Origin: an uncultured Candidatus Sericytochromatia bacterium
GTDB taxonomy: Bacteria > Cyanobacteriota > Sericytochromatia > UBA7694
Direction of reading: 5' to 3'
DNA length: 44,315 nt
NCBI GenBank assembly: GCA_964598905.1
Contig: CAZRFI010000004.1
Span: forward strand, 1 to 44,315
The notes beneath the pieces were generated by a model that worked only from the letters and a program-made list of their open reading frames with translations, did not search any database and was not told the origin of the DNA. Both the position numbers and the translations under genes were made by a program. Each line of letters begins with the position of its first letter. Within the stretch, counting starts at the first letter, position 1. Of the stretch, positions 17,970 through 24,652 are shown piece after piece.

Positions 17970-19910
17970 CTATTGGGCTGTTGCTGAAATGAGGCCAGAT
18001 ACGATGCTATTACCAGCAGGGTCAAGCACGCTGTTGGCAATGTTTACATTGACGAGATCTCCTGGTCTAAATAGATCTGTTCCCGCTGTTGGTGGCTGTA
18101 GGAGCACCGTTTGATTAGTGGTATCATCGACGTCGAAAGTCGCACTGCCTCCGAGACTGCCCCAGGTTACTTGATCCAAGATGGGGGTGCCGAGACGGGT
18201 GACTGAGATGGTGTAATTATTGGCCACGCCACTGGTTGGGAGTGAGCCAATAGCTGCAGCGGCAGCTGAAATAACCCCGCCCATACCTCCCGCAATCACC
18301 GGCCCGAGTGTGTTATACCGCATGGGTTCACTGAATCGTACTTTAATTGCATCGCCGCTGGTATTTCCATTCTCAGCGGCATTGGCATTGATCAAGAGCA
18401 CCGATGGTGCTGTTTGGTCGGATTTAATGCTGAACATATAACTGGCTTCAAAATCCCCATCGGTGAGCTTAAATTTCTTTTCTGCAGTGGATCGGGACAC
18501 GCCCGATTTATCTTTAATTTCTCCCTCTAGAACCAAGCGATAGTCAGGCAGATAGGCCTCATAGCTATCAGAGGGCAATCTGCGTCCTTCTTTAAATGCG
18601 AAAGTTACTTCAGTGTCATCACTGTTCCAAGTGATATTAAAGGCCGATTTGTTCCAAATAGGAGTGCCCGCAACGATATTGATATCTCCGCTGCCAGAGA
18701 AAACCGTGGCACCGTTGGCCACCGTCAAAGCGCTGTTTTTAAAACTGTAAAGGGCAAAACTGTTTTGAACCGTTGCACGATCCATGGGCTCGGAGAATTT
18801 GAGTACAAAGCTGGTCTCTGGAGAAACCCCACTGCCATTGCGAGCTGGGGTGGCCATGGTCACTTCTGGTTTATCACTGAGAATAAGGGCTTCCCCAGAA
18901 AAATCAAGTTGGTTGATACTTGTGCTTTTCTGGGGGTTGGATTGCAAAACAGCGACACGATTGCGAGCCGTGTACCCAGTCTTTCTGGCTACAATCTCAA
19001 TTTGTATGTCGGTGGGTGCAATATTAAACTTATAATGCCCATCTGCTCCTGTTGTCATTTGAGCTGCGAACGGAACAGCAGAATTTAAAGATTTCGCGGA
19101 GATCTGTACACCACTTAAAGGCTGGCCTGTATCCCCATAAACAGTTCCACTAAAAGAGGTTGCCTGAATGGTATCGATTAAATCAATCGCCGGTGGAGTG
19201 GACAAGGCACTGTTAGGCACATCTGCAGGGACAGCCGCAACTCCAATCGTGGTATTTTCTATTTGTTCATTCGACAATTCCAGGAAAATAGAGGGGGCAT
19301 TTACTTCCTTATAGAATTGATTGTTGAGATAGACGGCATATTTGTCTGCATTGGGTACAGCATCCCAGGATGTTTCAAGTTTGGCTGTCTGGTCGAGGTT
19401 GTAGATTTGCTTGGTGTTGAACTGTTGTATATAGGTAATGTTGTAATTGATTGTGGTTGTGTTGTTGGTCTGATTGCCATTGACCACAGTCTGGTTGCCC
19501 TGCACATTATTGGTGCTATTGGTCTGGTTCCCTGTGACAATCGTGTTCGTTTGAGTACCACTGCCTGTGTTGACCGGCTGAATAATTGTGCCATCCCCGT
19601 TTTGGCTGTTATTGACCGTTGTGTTGGTCTGATTGCCTGACCCTGTGTTCGTATTGCTGGTTTGGTTGCCAGAACCACTGTTGGTATTGTTCGTCTGAGT
19701 ACCGGTATTGGTATTGCTGCTACCAGATCCATTGTTGTTAACTTGAGTGCCAGAACCCGTATTGCTTTGTTTGGTATTTGTCTGGTTATTACTATTGGTA
19801 TTTTGGGTGGTGGGGGCATTGACCTGCACGGCCTGTTTGGCCTCTTGCACGCTGCAGGCACTGAGCATAAGCAGTGAGAGAGCCAATGTGAGGGGGGATT
19901 GTTTGAGCAT
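17970..19910 (-). CDS. Surface lipoprotein: N/T/G/S/Q low-complexity region, carboxypeptidase-regulatory-like domain and SbsA-Ig/Big_5-like domains
   Basis: Lipobox LMLSAC. About 130 aa of NTGSGTQ/GNQTN-type low complexity. 'GTVYGDTGQPLSGVQISAKS...DGHYKFN', 'LKFSEPMDRATVQNSF', 'VRFSEPMRYNT'. Confidence 0.85.
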   Translation of the reverse strand: MLKQSPLTLALSLLMLSACSVQEAKQAVQVNAPTTQNTNSNNQTNTKQSNTGSGTQVNNNGSGSSNTNTGTQTNNTNSGSGNQTSNTNTGSGNQTNTTVNNSQNGDGTIIQPVNTGSGTQTNTIVTGNQTNSTNNVQGNQTVVNGNQTNNTTTINYNITYIQQFNTKQIYNLDQTAKLETSWDAVPNADKYAVYLNNQFYKEVNAPSIFLELSNEQIENTTIGVAAVPADVPNSALSTPPAIDLIDTIQATSFSGTVYGDTGQPLSGVQISAKSLNSAVPFAAQMTTGADGHYKFNIAPTDIQIEIVARKTGYTARNRVAVLQSNPQKSTSINQLDFSGEALILSDKPEVTMATPARNGSGVSPETSFVLKFSEPMDRATVQNSFALYSFKNSALTVANGATVFSGSGDINIVAGTPIWNKSAFNITWNSDDTEVTFAFKEGRRLPSDSYEAYLPDYRLVLEGEIKDKSGVSRSTAEKKFKLTDGDFEASYMFSIKSDQTAPSVLLINANAAENGNTSGDAIKVRFSEPMRYNTLGPVIAGGMGGVISAAAAAIGSLPTSGVANNYTISVTRLGTPILDQVTWGSLGGSATFDVDDTTNQTVLLQPPTAGTDLFRPGDLVNVNIANSVLDPAGNSIVSGLISATAQ

Positions 19911-20004
19911 GGAATTTCCTTTGTACTGAATTAAGACACCTATATAAAATAATAATTTTATAGTATTAAAAAGTCAACTTATAATTTATTGACTTCAATT
20001 ATGT

Positions 20005-20048
20005 TTATCGGCAATTGTGTTGACAATTGCCGATAATTTGAACATAAT
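20005..20048 (+). promoter_or_regulatory. Sigma70-type promoter (TTGACA, 17-nt spacer, CATAAT) overlapped by a perfect 14-bp-arm palindrome (putative operator)
   Basis: TTATCGGCAATTGT-gttg-ACAATTGCCGATAA spans 20005-20036. The -35 TTGACA is at 20020-20025, the spacer is 17 nt, and the -10 CATAAT is at 20043-20048. This is 45 nt upstream of the ATG at 20093. Confidence 0.55.
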
Positions 20049-20092
20049 AAAACTATCTGAAAGATCGTCATCAGAATCAACTGTGGTTAAAC

Positions 20093-20359
20093 ATGCATAA
20101 ACGATTTCAAGTGGTGAAGGCGCAGGAACATACATTTTTGTTTAAATATGACAAAGATGCTCCTGAGCTGCTTCATATTTATGTTAGGCACCTGACAGAA
20201 ATTTCAGATGCGTTGATTGTTTTTTTCAAGCACACAACAAATACCTGGAATGTTCAACATCAACGCTTTGAATCGTTTACCGAAACGCACGGCCTTTATT
20301 GGTTTTGGAAAGACGAGGGCAAGAAGATCGTGGTTGTTATTACTTGTTTTAACCTGTAA
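20093..20359 (+). CDS. BrnT-like (DUF497-like) type II toxin candidate
   Basis: 88 aa. The pattern ...HIYVRHLTEISDALIVF...QRFESFTET..GKKIVVVITCF resembles the DUF497 pattern KHGVsFeeA..vF...ERf...G...iriISA. Sits 11 nt upstream of a CopG/BrnA-like gene. Assignment made by eye only. Confidence 0.5.
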   Translation: MHKRFQVVKAQEHTFLFKYDKDAPELLHIYVRHLTEISDALIVFFKHTTNTWNVQHQRFESFTETHGLYWFWKDEGKKIVVVITCFNL

Positions 20360-20370
20360 AGGAGGGCATT

Positions 20371-20643
20371 GTGAACAAAGACATACCTATCGCCTATGAA
20401 ATTGTAGGAGATATAGAACTCCAAGACGCCGAAGCTGCGGATATCAACGCACGTATCAATCAAGCAGAAAAAGATGTTTCAGAGGCGCGTGTGCATTTCC
20501 GCTGGGGCTCCAAGCAGGTTGTCTTGATAAAGCAAATAGCCGCTAAAATGGGTATTCCCTATCAAACATATATCAAGCAAGCTTTAATGCGTCAAGCGAT
20601 GGAAGATTTAGAAAAGCTAAAGGTGCTTGAAAACCGTTTTTAG
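20371..20643 (+). CDS. BrnA/CopG-type antitoxin candidate
   Basis: 90 aa (track start 20371). C-terminal 'VHFRWGSKQVVLIKQIAAKMGIPYQTYIKQALMRQAME' matches the hallmark '...lRl....l..lK..A...GipYQtlI' of BrnT-associated CopG antitoxins. Confidence 0.65.
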   Translation: MNKDIPIAYEIVGDIELQDAEAADINARINQAEKDVSEARVHFRWGSKQVVLIKQIAAKMGIPYQTYIKQALMRQAMEDLEKLKVLENRF

Positions 20644-20654
20644 GTGTTCAAGTA

Positions 20655-22264
20655 GAACAGATAAAGCTTAGGGGCTAGAGTGCATATTTTCGGTATTGAT
20701 GGGCGGATGAATTTCGAAATTCATGCGAATTCAATCTTTCTTTTTCCTGTTCTTCGGCAATTTGTAGCTGCAAATAGGCCAAAGCCTGATTGAAGTCTGT
20801 TTTTCGCTTCTGACTTTGAAACTGAGCCATTTTGTTGCAAGCCAATTCAATCAAGGCAATTGTTTGAGATGCAGACTCTTTTTCGTCCGGGGAGACCCAC
20901 TCCAAAAGTATATTTTTCAGTTGGGGAAATGAACAGTGGCTGTATTGGGTAAAAACGGTTTCAAGCAGATGTAAGAGGGAATCACTTAAGGCGTTGAGCA
21001 TTGTGGGGGGCAAAGCACAGTCAAGTACCTGTTGAAAATTAAGCGGATCTCTAAAGGCATTCAAAATAAATTCTAATTCAGGTGGAATCGTTGTTTCAAA
21101 CACATCGGTATTTTCAGCTTGCGTTTGCTGAGTCGCCAGGAGTTTGGTTCCTGCAATTTTATCTTGCATCATGTCATTTTGACGCAGCATGGCGTTAAGC
21201 GGATCTGACGATACCTGTGACTTTAGATAGAGTGAAGCGCTGTCTCGTTTTTGTTTCCCTGTAAAGACATGGGCTTCTTGCCACATTTGTAGCCAGTTTT
21301 TCCCAGCCAGTCGTTTCAGCTCTTGGAGTAAGTTTTGAAAAGCTTCGGTCATCCTCTCTGCCAATTGCAAAGCTTGTTTTGCTCCCAATTTTTGAGTGTA
21401 GACATCTTTTAATTTATTTAAAAAAACATTTTTAGGGGCATCAGCCAAAAACATGAGCTTGCGCATATTTTCAGGTTCTAATGCAAAACTGGCAGCCTGT
21501 TCTTGTTCGGCTGTTTCGCAAAAAGCGTATAAATCTGCTTTTTTATTGGGTAGTGATTTTACAAACAGCTTTTTTTCTTGCTCTTTTTTTTCTGCCTTCA
21601 GAGTATCGGGAACAATCATCGTATTGCTCTCTTTGTTTTTAGCAATTTCCCAGGCAGCTTTGTCTTTTTGCCATTGCTCTCGCTTGAGCTGATAGCTGTG
21701 GCTCAATTCACCGGCGGGGTTGCCAAATACAATTTCGCGGTGAATAATGACACTTCGTTTGAGTAATTGAAGACTCTTGATTCCTTTAAAGGGAGCTAAA
21801 AAGTCTTGAATCACTTCTTCTTTGATTGGGACTGTAATGCTGGTTTTTTTCTGGGTTACAGGATCAATATCGGCATAGGCCACAATCGGTTTGGGTGTAT
21901 TGGTAAAAGCCAAGAGAATCAAGACCAGCGCTTTTTCAATCTCCATTCCGGTCAATTTGGGTGGACGCCCTTTGATATGTTTGGCAGCAATGGCACCCAT
22001 GACAAATTTGTAATTGGTATTACCCTCTATACCCAAATCTAGAAGCTTAAAATAGGCTGCAACAAGCTCTTCCTCGTGATGTATTTCTTTGTAGAGTTCA
22101 TTTAAAGAACGGTAAGCCAGTTCTTTTTTTCCTGAACGGATAGCAGCTACCAGTGTATTGACATAGTGTTGGTGTTGTTTTTTAAGTTCAATGGTCGGCC
22201 CTTTGCCTTCAAGCACCTCCATCAAGGTGAGAGAGAGTGCTTCGCGTGTGGTTGTTGTGAGTTC
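20655..22264. repeat. 1,610-bp perfect direct repeat, copy 2
   Basis: See copy 1. It includes 'aacagataaagcttag', which in copy 1 forms the last codons and stop of the 425-aa ORF but is non-coding here. Confidence 0.95.
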
Positions 22265-22279
22265 AGGAGGTGCGTCCAT
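20675..22279 (-). CDS. Hypothetical 534-aa protein (duplicated gene, copy 2)
   Basis: Identical to copy 1 apart from the first ~7 residues (MDAPPEL vs MSQLTAPEL). AGGAG lies 7 nt upstream of the ATG at 22279. The start overlaps the 3' end of the upstream 217-aa ORF by 17 nt. Confidence 0.7.
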   Translation of the reverse strand: MDAPPELTTTTREALSLTLMEVLEGKGPTIELKKQHQHYVNTLVAAIRSGKKELAYRSLNELYKEIHHEEELVAAYFKLLDLGIEGNTNYKFVMGAIAAKHIKGRPPKLTGMEIEKALVLILLAFTNTPKPIVAYADIDPVTQKKTSITVPIKEEVIQDFLAPFKGIKSLQLLKRSVIIHREIVFGNPAGELSHSYQLKREQWQKDKAAWEIAKNKESNTMIVPDTLKAEKKEQEKKLFVKSLPNKKADLYAFCETAEQEQAASFALEPENMRKLMFLADAPKNVFLNKLKDVYTQKLGAKQALQLAERMTEAFQNLLQELKRLAGKNWLQMWQEAHVFTGKQKRDSASLYLKSQVSSDPLNAMLRQNDMMQDKIAGTKLLATQQTQAENTDVFETTIPPELEFILNAFRDPLNFQQVLDCALPPTMLNALSDSLLHLLETVFTQYSHCSFPQLKNILLEWVSPDEKESASQTIALIELACNKMAQFQSQKRKTDFNQALAYLQLQIAEEQEKERLNSHEFRNSSAHQYRKYAL

Positions 22280-22916
22280 GTAATAACTCCTGCTGTAATC
22301 GCTGGATTTTTTGCATGGGTGGAAAATAGCGCCAATAGGGCTGTAGCATCATTTGGCGATCGGGGCTTAAGGTTTGGAAGGCAACCAGAAATGCAAAAGC
22401 AGGCAAATGAGTGGGCAAGGCATCTTCATAAGTGATGCGTTTGATATCCAACAATTCCCATATTTGGGGTGATTGATGATATTGAACGTACCAATAGAGT
22501 GTTTCATTGGCCTGACTTGAGCATTGAAAACACAGAAACTCTTTTGAAACGACTTTTGGATTCAATCTGACAGGCGATCTACAGGGACTGAATGTACAGA
22601 GAGAGGCTGGCACAGGAATACTTTGAAAGAGAATCTGGAAAAAGGTCTGCCAAAATGTTCCGATTCCAGCCTGGGGAGCTGCATCTGGCGGGCTAAGTGA
22701 GAAATGACTGAGATATTGGCTGAAGCAGTGTACCAGGTTTTTTTTCAAGGGCTGTGAGAGATGGGGATCTGCATGTAAGAGGGCAATCAGATCTTGAAAG
22801 CCGATGGGACCATTTTCTTGGTCAATTCTTGCGATTTGTCTAAACAGGTGATTGAGTGGTTGACTGGCTTCTGCAAATTGCTGCCACTGGGGATCTTGAT
22901 AGAGTTTGATTGACAT
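22263..22916 (-). CDS. Hypothetical 217-aa protein
   Basis: ORF in an operon-like arrangement: 3-nt gap to the upstream gene and 17-nt overlap with the downstream gene. Cys pairs (CTFSPC...CFQC) might form a zinc ribbon. No family recognised. Confidence 0.55.
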   Translation of the reverse strand: MSIKLYQDPQWQQFAEASQPLNHLFRQIARIDQENGPIGFQDLIALLHADPHLSQPLKKNLVHCFSQYLSHFSLSPPDAAPQAGIGTFWQTFFQILFQSIPVPASLCTFSPCRSPVRLNPKVVSKEFLCFQCSSQANETLYWYVQYHQSPQIWELLDIKRITYEDALPTHLPAFAFLVAFQTLSPDRQMMLQPYWRYFPPMQKIQRLQQELLHGRTS

Positions 22917-22919
22917 ATT

Positions 22920-23885
22920 TCAATTGAATTGAAACGTGTGATATAAATCAAAACTGTTACCAAAGTCAGGGTAAAATTCGTATAATTCTATTTTAACCCG
23001 AACTGACCCAGATAAATTGGGATCGGTTTTTTTATAAAATATCGGTTGATACAATTGAATTGTTTTCGTGGATTCAGCACTAATTATACCTACGTTATAG
23101 CCCTCATTACTAATATTGATTTCAGCTGTTCCATTTGCTGTTTCGAGGATCTTTATTGATTTGATTCGCAGGTTGTTTGTGTCAGACTTTCCGGTGTTTT
23201 GGAAAACAAAGTCTGCATAGCCACTCTCGACGACTTTGAGCAATTCAATTTTATTGTCAATGGGATCAACGGCAAGTGTGTGCTCGAATTTCCATTCATT
23301 TCCAAAATCGTCAAAAACAGTAAAGACCAATGGAATGCTGGAAAGGCTTGGATTTAGGGCTATTTTTACTTCAAACGTATTGTCAAAAAAACGACGTTCT
23401 GTGCTTTCGAGTGTATTACTGACTTCTTGGGCCAAGATCGGATCTTTATTAGCGAGATTTTTGAGAATTTGTAGATCCGGGCTTAAAGAACTTAAGCGAA
23501 TTTTTAATTTGTTGGAAGGGGAATTGCCCATATTGACTAAAATAGGCTGTATAGAGATTGTCTCGCCTTGATTGACCGTTTGATCACCATTGCCGCCGTT
23601 ACGTCCTCTGGCTTGAAGTGTTTTGATGCTTCTCAGTTCCAGTTTGACTGAACCATCTGCAGCAGGTGGTGCAGAAATAGTGGGAGGCTGTGTTTGTGTG
23701 AGACGAGCCGAAGATGTTGGCTGTGGAGAGGGGCTGGTTTTTACCTGTGCAGGAGATATCGAGGCTCTGGCCTGAGAGACGGGGATTTTATTGACAATGG
23801 CCACATCTTGTAAAATGCCTTGAAGAGCCGAACAACCATTGCATAAGAGGGCTAAGGGAAGAACTTTGAGCAACTTAAAAAACAT
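22920..23885 (-). CDS. Lipoprotein with CARDB/Ig-like module(s)
   Basis: Signal plus lipobox (LALLCNGC); AGGAG upstream of the ATG. 'GNGDQTVNQGETISIQPILVNMGNSPSN' is paralogous to 'GNGDKRINRGETIEFAPVFQNTGKSPTN' in the next gene. The CARDB-like assignment is by eye. Confidence 0.75.
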   Translation of the reverse strand: MFFKLLKVLPLALLCNGCSALQGILQDVAIVNKIPVSQARASISPAQVKTSPSPQPTSSARLTQTQPPTISAPPAADGSVKLELRSIKTLQARGRNGGNGDQTVNQGETISIQPILVNMGNSPSNKLKIRLSSLSPDLQILKNLANKDPILAQEVSNTLESTERRFFDNTFEVKIALNPSLSSIPLVFTVFDDFGNEWKFEHTLAVDPIDNKIELLKVVESGYADFVFQNTGKSDTNNLRIKSIKILETANGTAEINISNEGYNVGIISAESTKTIQLYQPIFYKKTDPNLSGSVRVKIELYEFYPDFGNSFDLYHTFQFN

Positions 23886-23903
23886 CTGTATGACTCCTCT
23901 TTT

Positions 23904-24479
23904 TTAAGATTGAACTGTGAGCAGATACGGAAAGTTGTATGTTTGGTCCTTATCGGTGTCAATCAATTTGAATAAAACTTCAATTTGTGTCCCTGCTTGA
24001 ATTTGCGAATCCAAACGAATTTGTGGTGAATTTCGGCTGATAGGCACTTCAATCACTTCATCAGCAGGAATGGGATTGACTTTGACACCTGTTTGAAGTG
24101 GATTAATGGGGGTCACTTGGCTGTGAAAACAGGTGATACGTAGGTACATGGTATTTGTGGGAGATTTGCCTGTATTTTGAAAAACAGGCGCAAATTCTAT
24201 AGTTTCACCCCTGTTGATGCGTTTATCTCCGTTTCCAATGGTGTCACGCAAGCTGACTTTGTGGAGCAAAAGTGAATTGTTTTCATTTGCCGCTGTATTT
24301 AAGCTGGGGGGGGCAGCTTGGACCAACGGTGCTGCCGTTAGACTATTGGCGCTGTGAGTGTCAGTGCCAACCTCATTGATAATCCGGACATTTTGAACAA
24401 CCTTTTGATCCGAACACCCTGTTTGGGTTAAAAGCATCAATAAGCCCGCCGCTTGAATTCGCCCGTTGATTCTATGCAT
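23904..24479 (-). CDS. Lipoprotein with a CARDB/Ig-like module
   Basis: The track ORF extends to 24533, but the internal ATG at 24479 gives MHRINGRIQAAGLLMLLTQTGC (signal plus lipobox) and avoids overlap with the upstream mini-ORF. Confidence 0.7.
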   Translation of the reverse strand: MHRINGRIQAAGLLMLLTQTGCSDQKVVQNVRIINEVGTDTHSANSLTAAPLVQAAPPSLNTAANENNSLLLHKVSLRDTIGNGDKRINRGETIEFAPVFQNTGKSPTNTMYLRITCFHSQVTPINPLQTGVKVNPIPADEVIEVPISRNSPQIRLDSQIQAGTQIEVLFKLIDTDKDQTYNFPYLLTVQS

Positions 24480-24495
24480 GTTGAATGTCCCCGTT

Positions 24496-24633
24496 TTATT
24501 TTTTACCTTCTCCCTCGTTGATGGTTGTTCCATCTTTGAGCTGCACCACTTGGTTGACGGTCTGTTTGTTTTCGCAGCTGGTGAATAAGGGAACGGAGAA
24601 AGAACACAAGAGCAAAATCAACAATGATTTCAT
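24496..24633 (-). CDS. 45-aa mini-lipoprotein candidate (not in the ORF track)
   Basis: Hand translation gives MKSLLILLLCSFSVPLFTSCENKQTVNQVVQLKDGTTINEGEGKK*. GGAG lies 7 nt upstream of the ATG. Lipobox is FTSC. It fits the 16-19-nt gene spacing of this operon. Confidence 0.45.
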   Translation of the reverse strand: MKSLLILLLCSFSVPLFTSCENKQTVNQVVQLKDGTTINEGEGKK

Positions 24634-24652
24634 CGAAAGACTCCTAATTAAT

